DNA from: Candidatus Hydrogenedentota bacterium
GTDB lineage: Bacteria > Hydrogenedentota > Hydrogenedentia > Hydrogenedentales > SLHB01
NCBI GenBank assembly: GCA_963674865.2
Contig: CAXXYE010000009.1
Coordinates: 1,344,001 to 1,408,000 of the forward strand
Length of the DNA: 64,000 bases
Direction of reading: 5' to 3'
This document shows positions 25,852-36,109 of this stretch, in pieces (position 1 is the stretch's first letter; each line of letters begins with the position of its first letter). Position numbers and translations under genes: made by a program. The notes beneath the pieces are model-generated. The model searched no databases. It worked only from the letters and a program-made list of their open reading frames with translations, and was not told the DNA's origin.

Positions 25852-26841
25852 ATGAGAGCCGTTCTTATTCTGCTGTTGGTGACTGTGATTTGTGTGGGAT
25901 GTAATCCGGGGACGTCCTCGTCGGGCTCCGGCGGGGCTCAACACGGCACCGAAGCGCCTCCCGAGGACTCGGCCTTGGAGATCGCCGTGATCCCAAAAGG
26001 GTTGGCGCATCAATTCTGGCTGACAGTGAAGGCGGGGGCCGAAGCGGCCGGGCAGGAGATGGGCGCGAAGATCATCTGGCAGGGCCCTGCCAAGGAAACC
26101 GAAACGGCCAAGCAGATCAGCATCGTCGAGGACATGATCAGCCGCGACGTAGACGCGATTGTCATGGCCGCGTGCGATGAGAACGCCCTTATCGACGCTA
26201 TCGCCAAGGCCTCCGAACAAGGCATCCCCGTCGTGACAATTGACTCGGGCGTCAAGTCGGACATCCCCATTTCGTTTGTGGCGACGGATAACATTGCCGG
26301 GGCCAAGGCGGCCGCCCGTGAACTGGCGCGCCTGATCGGCGAAGCGGGCGAGGTGGGGCTGATCCCCTTTGTCCCCGGCGCCGCGACATCCGAAATGCGG
26401 GAGCAGGGCTTCAAGGACGGCATCGCGGAGTATCCCGACATTGAGCTTGTCTCCGTGCTGTACAGTCAGAGCGAAGCCGGCAAGGGCATGGACGTTACGC
26501 AAGACATGATGACGGCGCACTCGAACCTGAAAGGGATCTTCGCCGCAAACGAGGGTGGCGCCCTCGGCGCGGCCCAAGCCATCGAGGTCGCCGGCAAGAT
26601 GGGTGAAGTGAAGCTCGTGGCCTTTGACGCGGCCCAGGGCGAGGTGGATGCTCTCAAGCGTGGCGCCATCCAGGCCCTTGTTGTCCAGAATCCGTTCCAA
26701 ATGGGCTATCAGGGCGTGAAAGCGGCCATCGACCACCTTGAGGGACGTCCCGTCGAGAAGCGCATCGATACGGGCGTTACCGTGGTAACTATGGACAACC
26801 TCAATGAGCCGGAGATCCAGAAGCTGCTCAATCCGATCTGA
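25852..26841 (+). CDS. Sugar ABC transporter substrate-binding lipoprotein (RbsB-like)
   Basis: Lipobox-like CVGC; IAVIPKG...FW..VKAGA, GIPVVTIDS, VATDN, VVQNPFQMGY. Confidence 0.92.
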   Translation: MRAVLILLLVTVICVGCNPGTSSSGSGGAQHGTEAPPEDSALEIAVIPKGLAHQFWLTVKAGAEAAGQEMGAKIIWQGPAKETETAKQISIVEDMISRDVDAIVMAACDENALIDAIAKASEQGIPVVTIDSGVKSDIPISFVATDNIAGAKAAARELARLIGEAGEVGLIPFVPGAATSEMREQGFKDGIAEYPDIELVSVLYSQSEAGKGMDVTQDMMTAHSNLKGIFAANEGGALGAAQAIEVAGKMGEVKLVAFDAAQGEVDALKRGAIQALVVQNPFQMGYQGVKAAIDHLEGRPVEKRIDTGVTVVTMDNLNEPEIQKLLNPI

Positions 26842-26924
26842 AGTCCGGGCGGCATAGGAAACTCCAATGAATGAAACGATTTAACGCCACCCCTGAACGC
26901 CGGTTCGGGGGTGGCCTTCACGTT

Positions 26925-27881
26925 ATGGCAAGATCCGACACGATAGAGGCCGTTCTTGAGCCGCTGCGCCGGATGTTGGCGCGCTGCCGAATCTGCGGCA
27001 ACCGCTGCGGTATTGATCGAACGGCGTGTGCGGTGGGCCGGTGTAGGGCCGATGCCGCCGACCTGGAGCATGTGCGCGTCGCCTCACACACGCTGCATTT
27101 CGGAGAAGAGCCGCCCTTGGTGGGACGCGGCGGCTCCGGGACGGTGTTCTTCGCTCACTGTAACCTCCGCTGCGTATTCTGCCAGAACCACCAGATAAGC
27201 CAGGGCGGCCTGGGGACGGAGATTCACTACCGCCAGCTGGCCGACATTTTCCTCGACCTACAGCGGCGCGGCGCTGAGAATGTCAACCTGGTTACCCCCA
27301 CGCACTTCATCTATCCCATCTTGCTCGCCCTGCACGATGCGCATGTCCGCGGGCTGGACCTGCCGCTTGTCTATAACACCAACGCTTACGAAGACACGGC
27401 GTTTCTTCGCCTGTTGGACGGCATTGTCGATGTGTATCTGCCCGACATGAAGTACATGGACGCGGCTGAGGCCGAGCGCTATTCGGGAGTCAAGGGCTAT
27501 CCGGCTGTGGCGAAAGAAGCTCTCGCGGAAATGCTCCGGCAAACCGGCCTGCTGAATGTCGAGAACGGAGTCGCCAAGCGTGGGATCATCCTGCGCCACC
27601 TCGTCTTGCCGGACAATCTCGGCGGAAGTTACGACCTGCTCCTGTGGCTGCGCGACGCCGGCCTTACCGGCATCACCTTGAGCCTGATGAGCCAATACGC
27701 GCCGCAACACCATGCCGGGGACTACCCCGAGCTTGAAGCGCCTATCAGCCCCAAGGAATACGAGGATCTAGTCGAATACGCCCTGACACAGGGACTCGAG
27801 TGTCTTCTGGTACAAGAAACCGGCAGCCAGAGTCTTTACGTGCCTGACTTCCGTAAGCGGGAGCCCTTTGCTCCCCCATGA
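26925..27881 (+). CDS. Radical SAM protein, PflX-like
   Basis: N-terminal CRIC...C..DR; HFGEEPPL..GSGTVFF..CNLRCVFCQN; YLPDMKY; RHLVLP. Confidence 0.88.
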   Translation: MARSDTIEAVLEPLRRMLARCRICGNRCGIDRTACAVGRCRADAADLEHVRVASHTLHFGEEPPLVGRGGSGTVFFAHCNLRCVFCQNHQISQGGLGTEIHYRQLADIFLDLQRRGAENVNLVTPTHFIYPILLALHDAHVRGLDLPLVYNTNAYEDTAFLRLLDGIVDVYLPDMKYMDAAEAERYSGVKGYPAVAKEALAEMLRQTGLLNVENGVAKRGIILRHLVLPDNLGGSYDLLLWLRDAGLTGITLSLMSQYAPQHHAGDYPELEAPISPKEYEDLVEYALTQGLECLLVQETGSQSLYVPDFRKREPFAPP

Positions 27882-28098
27882 CTGGGGGCATTCAGCGTCG
27901 CTGTCGTACCGCTGCGCTCTGACCCCGGTGGCCGGGGCGCCAATTGTGCCGCGCGTCAAGTCACCGGGAAACAAAGACACTGTCGAAATGGCTGGCCTCA
28001 CCCATCCGGTGAGTCACTGTCGGAAGACGACGCCATATCCAAGCGCCGTGTGCGCGGCACCGTTGAGCTATCCGGCGATTGCGGCTCTGACGTAGCCA

Positions 28099-28128
28099 TT
28101 GCGGGGAATTCCGCCGGATTGGTATACT
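28099..28128 (+). promoter_or_regulatory. Putative sigma70 promoter for yebC-ruvC
   Basis: TTGCGG-N18-TATACT with extended TG; a GCAA-tetraloop hairpin (28141-28158) lies in the leader. Confidence 0.5.
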
Positions 28129-28190
28129 TGTCGGTGCACGAGGCGGGGCAACCCGCCTAACCTAGGCTGTGTAAATGGAGAACCGCGTCT

Positions 28191-28943
28191 ATGTCCGGTC
28201 ATTCAAAATGGAGCACGATTAAGCGTAAGAAAGGTGCCGCCGACGCCAAACGCGGCAAGATCTTCTCAAAGCTCGCGAAGGAGATTGCTGTCGCAGCCAA
28301 GGAAGGGGGAGGCGACCCCGCCGGCAACCCGCGCTTACGAACGGTGCTGCTCGCCGCCAAGGCCCAGAACATGCCCAAGGATAACGTCGATCGGGCGATC
28401 AAGAAGGGCACCGGCGAACTTCCCGGCGTGACGTATGAGGAGGCGATCTATGAGGGCTATGCGCCCGGCGGCGTGGCCATTGTTGTCTCCGTTCTCACGG
28501 ACAATAAGAACCGGACGGTGTCGGAAATTCGCCATATCCTCACGAAACACGGCGGCAGCATGGCTGAAACCGGCGCGGTTACCTGGAACTTCGAGCAGAA
28601 GGGCCTGATTCATATACCGAAAGATGCGTGCAGCGAGGAGGACATGTTCGAGAAGGCCATTGACGCCGGGGCCGAGGACGTTGACACCGAGAGCGACGTG
28701 TTTGAACTCATGACGGCGCCTCAGGATCTGCACGCGGTGTCCGAGGCCCTTGAGGGCATGGGACTGAAAGCCGAGAACGTCCAGCTTACGATGCAGCCGA
28801 AAACCGTTGTGCAGGTCGAGGGGAAAGCGGCCGAGGCCGTCCTGCGTATGATGGAGTTTCTCGAAGACCACGAAGACGTGCAAAACGTCTACGCCAACTT
28901 CGACATCTCTGAAGAGGAGATGGCCGCGATCGCGGAGGCCTAA
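28191..28943 (+). CDS. yebC: YebC/PmpR/TACO1 family protein
   Basis: [37 protein letters not shown]. Confidence 0.97.
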   Translation: MSGHSKWSTIKRKKGAADAKRGKIFSKLAKEIAVAAKEGGGDPAGNPRLRTVLLAAKAQNMPKDNVDRAIKKGTGELPGVTYEEAIYEGYAPGGVAIVVSVLTDNKNRTVSEIRHILTKHGGSMAETGAVTWNFEQKGLIHIPKDACSEEDMFEKAIDAGAEDVDTESDVFELMTAPQDLHAVSEALEGMGLKAENVQLTMQPKTVVQVEGKAAEAVLRMMEFLEDHEDVQNVYANFDISEEEMAAIAEA

Positions 28944-29429
28944 GTGCGTGTGCTCGGGTTTGACCCGGGAACCGCGACCACGGGATTCGGCGTGGTCGAA
29001 GGAAAGGGCACCCGCCTCATCCATATTGGCCATGGCATCATTTCGACGCCCGCGAAGCAGCATTTTGCCGAGCGGCTGAAGACGATCTTCGAGCAGGCCG
29101 GCCGCCTCATCGAACATCACGCCCCGGATGCCGTGGCCATCGAGAAGCTGTATTTCTCGCGCAATGTCACCACGGGCATCTCCGTTGCCCAGGCGCGCGG
29201 TGTTATCGCTTTGGCCGCGGCCCTCGCCGGGAAGCCCATCGGCGAATTCAGTCCGCTCGAGGTGAAAAACGCCGTCGTTGGCTACGGAAAGGCCAGCAAA
29301 CGCCAGGTTCAGGAGATGGTGAAGATCCTCCTGAATCTCGACGATCTCCCCAGGCCGGACGATGCCGCTGACGCGCTTGGCCTTGCCATTTGCCAGATCA
29401 ACGCGGGGCGTTTGCCCGAGAGCCTTTGA
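28944..29429 (+). CDS. ruvC: Holliday junction resolvase RuvC
   Basis: LGFDPG, AIE, GYGKASKRQV, DDAADAL. Confidence 0.96.
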   Translation: MRVLGFDPGTATTGFGVVEGKGTRLIHIGHGIISTPAKQHFAERLKTIFEQAGRLIEHHAPDAVAIEKLYFSRNVTTGISVAQARGVIALAAALAGKPIGEFSPLEVKNAVVGYGKASKRQVQEMVKILLNLDDLPRPDDAADALGLAICQINAGRLPESL

Positions 29430-29458
29430 ATCTCGGCGTCAATGGGGGGGATCACGCC

Positions 29459-30901
29459 TCATCCTGTCTCCGCTCGGAGTTGCTCCTGGGCGAGGCGCGC
29501 CATGACTCCGCGGCGTGTCTTCAAGCCGTCTTTCCCCTCTCTTTCCGGCCACGGAAGGAAAACGCGGGGCACCTTGTGGTTGGGCAGGTGTCGGGCGAGG
29601 AGGCTTGTCAGGGCCGCGGGATCAAGGTTCTCGCGGCCGCCAATCCGAACGAATGCGACGGGCACGTGGCCCATCGCCGCATGCTCGACAGGAACGACAA
29701 GGGCGTCGGCGACTCCCGGAAGGTTGCGCAGATGCGCTTCGATCTCCTCCGGCTGGATATTCTCCCCGCCGCAGATGAACTGGTTATCCTTGCGCCCAGT
29801 GATGCACAGATAACCTGCATCGTCAAGCCGGCCAAGATCGCCCGTAGGGAACCAGCCGTCATCCGTGAGGGGCAGCACGACCTCCTCGCCGCTCAGATAG
29901 CCGGCAAACAAGGTTTGGCCTTGCACGAGTACCTCGCCCTGCTCGGAAATGCGCAGCGTCTTCGGCGTGAGGGGAGTTCCCGATGAGAGCAGGTGTTCCA
30001 GGGAGTCGCCGGGGCGCGTGGCGGCCATTTGCGAGGCCGTCTCCGTGAGGCCGTAACTCGTATAGAGCCGAAGTCCAAGGGCCATTCCTTGCCGGATGAG
30101 GCACTCCGGCATGGGGCCGCCCCCAAGCAGGATAGCCTTCAGCGACTGGAGGGCGGCGATGCCCGCGTCCTCCTGGAGCAGGCGATATAGTTGTGTTGTC
30201 ACAAGTGATGCGTGCGTCGCGCCATACCGCCCGATGGCTTCCGGCAGGCTCTCCCCGGCTTCAGGTACGGAAACTGCCGCCCCGCTCAGTAGGCACCGGA
30301 ATAGGACGCCCAGCCCCGCGACGTGATACAGCGGGAGTGATAGCAGCCAGCGATCTCCCGGCGCTAGGCGGATGTTGCGGTTCGATGCGATCGCGCTGTG
30401 GTAATGGTTTGCGAACGTGAGCACCGCCGCTTTCGGCGTCGCGCAACTTCCCGAAGTGAAGAGGATTGTGGCAGGTCGGCTGAGGTGGAACGCCGGGAGT
30501 TCTTCCCGAGCGGGGGCACTTGCCAGGATTTCGCTCATGGGAAGAGTGGGGGCGGCGCCCACATTCTCGTGGCAGGCTTCCTCGCCCAAGAGAACGATCC
30601 GGGGACGTAGTGCTTCGAGCTGTGCGCGTAGATTTGCTGGTGGCAGGCCTGGATTAAGCGGGCAGGCGATCACGCCCAGGCGGAAACACGCCATGAGTAA
30701 GATGGGCAGGTCCACGGACGGGCTCGCCACGACGGCGACTCTCTGGCCCGGCTGGAGTCCGGTTTCGAGCAATCCAGTAGCGATGTCCACCGTCTTGCGG
30801 CGGTACTCGGAAAAGGTATAGCTGCCCTGCGCACCGACAAGTGCGATTTCGTCGTCGCATTCTCGGGCGATGTCATCGAGCGGCCAATGCGTTTCAGACA
30901 C
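29459..30901 (-). CDS. menE: o-succinylbenzoate-CoA ligase
   Basis: FTSGS..TPK, SLPLYHVAG, SYGLTET.SQ, TGDLG, GRKDNQFI.GGENIQPEEIE; men context. Confidence 0.92.
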   Translation of the reverse strand: MSETHWPLDDIARECDDEIALVGAQGSYTFSEYRRKTVDIATGLLETGLQPGQRVAVVASPSVDLPILLMACFRLGVIACPLNPGLPPANLRAQLEALRPRIVLLGEEACHENVGAAPTLPMSEILASAPAREELPAFHLSRPATILFTSGSCATPKAAVLTFANHYHSAIASNRNIRLAPGDRWLLSLPLYHVAGLGVLFRCLLSGAAVSVPEAGESLPEAIGRYGATHASLVTTQLYRLLQEDAGIAALQSLKAILLGGGPMPECLIRQGMALGLRLYTSYGLTETASQMAATRPGDSLEHLLSSGTPLTPKTLRISEQGEVLVQGQTLFAGYLSGEEVVLPLTDDGWFPTGDLGRLDDAGYLCITGRKDNQFICGGENIQPEEIEAHLRNLPGVADALVVPVEHAAMGHVPVAFVRIGGRENLDPAALTSLLARHLPNHKVPRVFLPWPEREGKDGLKTRRGVMARLAQEQLRAETG

Positions 30902-32000
30902 GGTAGACCTCAGTCAGCTTCTTCCAGTCCACGCTCTGGCCGGCGTCACCGACCTGCCGCAAACTCAGGTGTCCGTCGAGCACGACGAGGCGGCTCCTTA
31001 GTAAGGTTTCGGCAAACCAATCCTGCGTGTCCAGGCCCATGGCAGTATCGCCGTGGAGGTCGACGGCCGCGGCGAGAGCGGCCAAGGCGCAGAGCCCCAC
31101 GCCCGACTCGAAGGCGGCGCTGATCACGGGAGTGATGCCAAGGTCTATGGCTAGGCGCGCGAGCTTGATGGTGTTCTCGAAGCCCCCCAGGAAGGTTGGT
31201 TTCAGGACGACGGCGTCGAGCCACGGGTCGGTGCTGGTGATAAGCTCCGGCGCCTCGACGAGACTCTCGTCCAAAGCCACCGGGAGATCCGTCTCTTCCA
31301 TGAAGGCGCCCAGTTCGGTGGGGTCGTTGATAGGCTCTTCGATGTACTCGATAGCGCAGTCTTGGATGCCCGCCGCGAATGCGATGGCGGTATCATAATT
31401 CCAGGCGCGGTTCGCATCCAGGCGCAGGGCCACGCCGGGCGGGATCGCGTGGGACACTTTCTTGACAAGGTCGATGTCTTCGGCGAGTGGCCGTGAGCCT
31501 ACCTTGAGCTTCATTGCCGGATAGTTTCTCTGCGCGAGCGCAAAGGCGCTTGCCAAGACCTCCTCTGCTGTTCCCGAGAGCAAGCCGTTGATGGCGATGG
31601 CGCGCAGCGGCTCATCGCACAGGAGGCGTTCGAGCGGGACGCCCTGCTGCAAGGCGATGAGGCCCAGCACGGCCGCCTCGAAGCCGCAGCGCACGGATGG
31701 GGGCAGTCCAAGCTCACCGATCCAATCTTCGAAACCCGAGGTCATTGTTTCCAGGCCTAAGGGAATCTCAGCGCCTCTGATGCGCTCGGCAAGAAAGATT
31801 GCCGCCTGTTCGGCCTCCTCGAGAGTTTCCCTGCTTGAGCCCGGGAGCGGTGCTATCTCGCCCAGGCCTACGCTTCCCGAGTCGTCAATGAGCTCCAGGA
31901 TGAGTCCGGAGCGGTTCGCAAGGGATCGGCTCCCCCCAATCGGCAGAGGGCGAGCCAGGGGCAGGTCGTATCGATAGATCTGGATGACGTGTATGTTCAC
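30894..32000 (-). CDS. menC: o-succinylbenzoate synthase
   Basis: Enolase superfamily: KLKVG, RLDAN, IEEP, ALDES, VLKP, AFESGVG. Confidence 0.92.
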   Translation of the reverse strand: MNIHVIQIYRYDLPLARPLPIGGSRSLANRSGLILELIDDSGSVGLGEIAPLPGSSRETLEEAEQAAIFLAERIRGAEIPLGLETMTSGFEDWIGELGLPPSVRCGFEAAVLGLIALQQGVPLERLLCDEPLRAIAINGLLSGTAEEVLASAFALAQRNYPAMKLKVGSRPLAEDIDLVKKVSHAIPPGVALRLDANRAWNYDTAIAFAAGIQDCAIEYIEEPINDPTELGAFMEETDLPVALDESLVEAPELITSTDPWLDAVVLKPTFLGGFENTIKLARLAIDLGITPVISAAFESGVGLCALAALAAAVDLHGDTAMGLDTQDWFAETLLRSRLVVLDGHLSLRQVGDAGQSVDWKKLTEVYRV

Positions 32001-32929
32001 AGCAAGTACCCCAGGGAAAACGTGACTCCATATATCAGCAGCAATCGGCCTGTTGCGGCCAAGGCGGCGTTCAGAGACGCTCCCTCACGCCGGGTGAACA
32101 CCGTGTAAGCCGTCGGGATGGCCGGCAAGAGCGCGGCGGCGGCTATCATTGTCCATGGCTGCACGTCGAAACACAGCCACGAAGCGAGCGGGACGCCCCC
32201 CGACGCCGCCACGAGTGCGCCCACATACTCAGCCCTCGCAAACGTGCGCCCGAAGCGTACAGCAAGCGTCTTCTTCCCGGCGCGGCGATCCGTGTCTATA
32301 TCGCGCAGGTTGTTGACAGTGAGAATGGCCACCGAGAATAGTCCTGGGGCAAGCCCCGCCACAAGCACGCGCCAATCGATGTGCAAGGCCTGCACATAAT
32401 AGGTGCCGCCCACCGCCACCGGCCCGAAAAAGACGAGCACGACCACGTCGGCCAGTCCGGTGTAGCCGAACGGCACAGGGCCGAACGTGTATAGCAGCCC
32501 ACATGAGATCGACAGCAATCCGACCAGAACGAAAGGCCACCCGCCGCGATAGACAATGTACAATCCCGGGAGCAACGCCATCGCGAATGCTATGCCCGTG
32601 GCTCGCTTCATGGCTGCGGGCGTAACGAGTCCCGCTCCCGTGGCGCGCACAGGGCCGAGGCGTTCGTCCGTGTCGGCCCCGCGGATGTAGTCGCCATAGT
32701 CATTGGCGTAGTTCGTCGCGACTTGAATCAGCAGCGCCCCGAGCAGGCAGCAAAACGCCGCCGGCGCGTGGAAGCCGCTGTCCCCGACGGCCATCGCCGT
32801 GCCGATGAGCACGGGCGTACCGGCCGCGGGAAGCGTCTTCGGCCGGGCCGCGAGCCACCACACACCCGGCCCCACGCTCCGCGCGGATGCGCGGGAATCG
32901 CCAGCGTTCTCTGAAGTCCGTTCGCGCAT
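31997..32929 (-). CDS. menA: 1,4-dihydroxy-2-naphthoate prenyltransferase
   Basis: ARPKTL, NYANDYGD, NNLRDIDTD..AGKKTLAVR. Start uncertain. Confidence 0.93.
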   Translation of the reverse strand: MRERTSENAGDSRASARSVGPGVWWLAARPKTLPAAGTPVLIGTAMAVGDSGFHAPAAFCCLLGALLIQVATNYANDYGDYIRGADTDERLGPVRATGAGLVTPAAMKRATGIAFAMALLPGLYIVYRGGWPFVLVGLLSISCGLLYTFGPVPFGYTGLADVVVLVFFGPVAVGGTYYVQALHIDWRVLVAGLAPGLFSVAILTVNNLRDIDTDRRAGKKTLAVRFGRTFARAEYVGALVAASGGVPLASWLCFDVQPWTMIAAAALLPAIPTAYTVFTRREGASLNAALAATGRLLLIYGVTFSLGYLL

Positions 32930-32971
32930 GGTGCGAAAGCGCTCCAATCTGTGGCGTTGCGGCAGCAGCTC

Positions 32972-33796
32972 CTAAGGATATCTTGGATACTTCGAGAAGT
33001 CGGGCGCTCTTTTCTCATTGAAAGCGTTTCGGCCTTCCTGGCCCTCTTCCGTCATGTAGAACAACATGGTGGCGTTGCCCGCAAGCTCCTGCAGGCCGGC
33101 TTGGCCATCGCAATCGGCGTTCATGGCCGCTTTCAGGCAGCGGATGGCCGTCGGCGAGTTCGCGAGAATCTCCCGGCACCACTGCACCGTTTCCTCTTCC
33201 AGCCGCTCCAGGGGGACGACCGTGTTGACGAGGCCCATCTCCAAAGCTTGCTGCGCGTCGTACTTCCTGCAGAGGAACCAGATTTCCCGGGCCTTCTTCT
33301 GCCCCACGATTCGGGCCATATAGGCCGCGCCGTAGCCCCCGTCAAACGAGCCGACGCGGGGGCCGGTTTGGCCGAAGACGGCGTTGTCCGCGGCGATGGT
33401 GATATCCGCCATGAGATGCAGCACGTGGCCTCCGCCGATGGCATAGCCCGCCACCATGGCAATGATGGGCTTCGGGCATGTTCGCATTTGCCGCTGGAAA
33501 TCCAACACGTTCAGGCGCGGCGTGTCCGTTCGCGGATCCACGTAGCCGGCGTCGCCGCGAATTTTCTGGTCGCCGCCCGCGCAGAACGCCTCCGGCCCTT
33601 CCCCCGTCAGAATGATCACGCTGACGGCGGGATCAAAACGGGCATCCGCGAGGGCATGGGCCATTTCATCAACCGTTTGCGGGCGGAAAGCGTTGCGCAC
33701 TTCCGGCCGGTTGATGGTTATCTTCGCGATCCCGTCCCCCTTGTGGTATCGGATATCCTTGTATTCCCCGGCGGGCGTCCATTCGATCTGTGCCAT
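32972..33796 (-). CDS. menB: 1,4-dihydroxy-2-naphthoyl-CoA synthase
   Basis: [47 protein letters not shown]. Confidence 0.97.
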   Translation of the reverse strand: MAQIEWTPAGEYKDIRYHKGDGIAKITINRPEVRNAFRPQTVDEMAHALADARFDPAVSVIILTGEGPEAFCAGGDQKIRGDAGYVDPRTDTPRLNVLDFQRQMRTCPKPIIAMVAGYAIGGGHVLHLMADITIAADNAVFGQTGPRVGSFDGGYGAAYMARIVGQKKAREIWFLCRKYDAQQALEMGLVNTVVPLERLEEETVQWCREILANSPTAIRCLKAAMNADCDGQAGLQELAGNATMLFYMTEEGQEGRNAFNEKRAPDFSKYPRYP

Positions 33797-33921
33797 GGCC
33801 GCGTCCTCACTCTTGTCCTCGGTAACGGGCGGGCCGCTGAGTGCGGCCCCTCGGCAGAGTATCACGCGACGCCGGTTGGATTCACCGGGCCTCAGAGCTT
33901 CTGAAAGAAGGCTTCTCAGTA

Positions 33922-33996
33922 TTGTGGCGCAAGCATCTTGCCGGTAGAATGCCGCTACTCACCAATGTTTGTGCAGGCTGGAAGCCCGCGCCACAA
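33922..33996. repeat. Inverted pair of REP-like elements
   Basis: TTGTGGCGCAAGCATCTTGCCGG ... GCAGGCTGGAAGCCCGCGCCACAA; the same family recurs at 55936-56042. Confidence 0.7.
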
Positions 33997-34012
33997 GATT
34001 CTCCTCACTTGT

Positions 34013-36037
34013 TCACAAGCTCTCGGTGTTCATGCGGAAGTCGATGTGCTGCGGAGGCGGGAAGGCCTCACGCACACGCTCGCGAATGGCATCGGTGACG
34101 GGTGAGCCTTCCGCTGCGGCCAAGCGCTTCTCATGCAGGAGAAACCAGAGGTCCGTGAGCGCCACCTCCCCCTCCCGAACATCAGGTATCTCGATAGGCC
34201 CGCTGAGGAAGGACTCGACCTCCTCGAAATGGCCCAGTTCGAGGTCGGCCCGGGCCTTGAGGAACCTCAATCGGCCGTTGCTGCGGATCTCGGCTGAAGC
34301 CTCTTGCCAGAGATCGATCACCTCCTGGGCACAACCCTCGGCAAGCAGCGCCAGGAAGCACTCCCTTGTCAGCGCGCTCTGCTCCGGCGCGTATTGCCGG
34401 GCCTGGCGATATCTCTCCGCCGAAAGGGCTGTATCGCCCTGTTCCCGTGCCAATACTGCCAGGTTTCGCAGCGCCCATGGGGACGGCTCCAAACGCAGCG
34501 ACTGCTCCCATGCCTGTTCGGCGCCCTCGGCGTCGCCCGTGTGATAGCGCATGACGCCAAGATGGAGCCACGCCAGCCAGTGGTTGCCGCGTCCCGCGCC
34601 GACTGCGTGTTCGAGGAGCTCTTGCCACTCCCTTTGCACCATGCACGCCCCAGGATGTTCTGCCGGACTGGCGGAGGGCAGTGCCCCTTCATCGAGTAGC
34701 CTCAGCCACGGCTCCTGCTCGCCGCCTATGGAGGTGTCCTCGAATGGCAAGCCGGGGGCCTCGAACCCTCCCTCGCCGCAACGCTCGCGGCGTAAACGCT
34801 CCAAGGCGCCCCAGCCGCTCCCGTGCTGGAGAATCATCTCAGGATCGCGATCCAGGTGTGCTTCGCCTAGCTCGGAAGCTGCTTCGAGGGCATGGGCCGG
34901 AAGTTCTTGCTCCAGATGCGCCCGCACGTGCTCGTGCGCCGCGGGCCAGTCTGTCCCGTGTACGATCTCCGGCGACGCCTGAATGAAGCCATATGCCTCC
35001 GTCCATGTCCATGCCGTCCGGGGCGGCATCGGCACGCATTCGTATTGAGTTCGTGCGAGTCCCGCTTGAATTTCGATATAGGGATGGCCGGGAACCGAGA
35101 GAAACTCCTGCCAACGGCGGCCGCCCGATCCCATGCCCCAGACGAACAATTTGCGCCCGCACTGACGGCTTGTAGATGTCTGTATCAGCCCACGCCCCTC
35201 GGCGTCCAAGGCCGCGATCCAAGGGCGGCGGCCCGGTGGGATATCGTAGAAGAAGTCGGTTGAGTGGCCGATGTTGGTTGGATACGTAACGTCGGGCGCG
35301 CTGGGCACGGGAATGGGCACGCGCTGCATCTGCCCGCTGTAGCCGAAGCTGTAGGCCGCGTCCGCGGGGACGAGCACCCGGCTTTCCGGCGACTCTGGTA
35401 CGGCGATGTTCGACCACCAGTACATCGGTATCTCCCCATCGTGGGCGTTGATGACGCGAACCTGCACGAATAACCATGGCGAGTCTTCGGGCAGGTGGCA
35501 ATCCACTTGGAAGGGCACCCCGCGGATTCGCTCCCATTCGTACAGCCTGAGCATCGGATATCCGGCATCCGACTTGAGCATCGCGGCGAACAGGGGCGAA
35601 CACGTGAAAGGCGAATGCCCCTGCACGGCGGCGTTCCATTCGACACCGCCGCTGAACCACGCGTTGCGCACCGCCAGGTTTCCCGGTTGAAACACCGGAT
35701 TGCGATAGAGCAACTCGCGATCCGATGTCTTGTGGATGAGCGACCACAGCCGGCCGCCGTAGTCCAGAAGGAAGGTGGCACGAAGATGCTCATTCTCCAG
35801 TACTGCCACTCGAAGTGCCCGCTTCTCCCGCTTGCGATCATAATCGTCCTGAAGGCCATAGGGGAGGATGCCGTTGCCGCAGCCGTAGCCTAGGTATCGC
35901 CGTGCCTCCTCGGACACACTTTCGTGGATCTGAATGCCTCCCGAAACCGCCTTCAAGCGCTGTAGCGGCGGCAGCGTGTTAGGCGGCCCCAGGGCGGCCG
36001 CCGGCATAAGGAGGGACTCGACGCGCAATTCTGTCAT
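34013..36037 (-). CDS. DUF5107-domain protein with C-terminal TPR-like helices
   Basis: VLENEHL..TFL..GGRLWSL, ELLYRNPV..P.NLA.RNAWFSGGVEWN, YWWSN, GRKLFVWG, YIEIQAG. Confidence 0.85.
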   Translation of the reverse strand: MTELRVESLLMPAAALGPPNTLPPLQRLKAVSGGIQIHESVSEEARRYLGYGCGNGILPYGLQDDYDRKREKRALRVAVLENEHLRATFLLDYGGRLWSLIHKTSDRELLYRNPVFQPGNLAVRNAWFSGGVEWNAAVQGHSPFTCSPLFAAMLKSDAGYPMLRLYEWERIRGVPFQVDCHLPEDSPWLFVQVRVINAHDGEIPMYWWSNIAVPESPESRVLVPADAAYSFGYSGQMQRVPIPVPSAPDVTYPTNIGHSTDFFYDIPPGRRPWIAALDAEGRGLIQTSTSRQCGRKLFVWGMGSGGRRWQEFLSVPGHPYIEIQAGLARTQYECVPMPPRTAWTWTEAYGFIQASPEIVHGTDWPAAHEHVRAHLEQELPAHALEAASELGEAHLDRDPEMILQHGSGWGALERLRRERCGEGGFEAPGLPFEDTSIGGEQEPWLRLLDEGALPSASPAEHPGACMVQREWQELLEHAVGAGRGNHWLAWLHLGVMRYHTGDAEGAEQAWEQSLRLEPSPWALRNLAVLAREQGDTALSAERYRQARQYAPEQSALTRECFLALLAEGCAQEVIDLWQEASAEIRSNGRLRFLKARADLELGHFEEVESFLSGPIEIPDVREGEVALTDLWFLLHEKRLAAAEGSPVTDAIRERVREAFPPPQHIDFRMNTESL

Positions 36038-36109
36038 CTCGTTGCCCTTCATCACACACGGTATGCGTGGTTTCTTGCGTCTGTTAGGGATGAAGTGAGC
36101 TCTTCTCCG

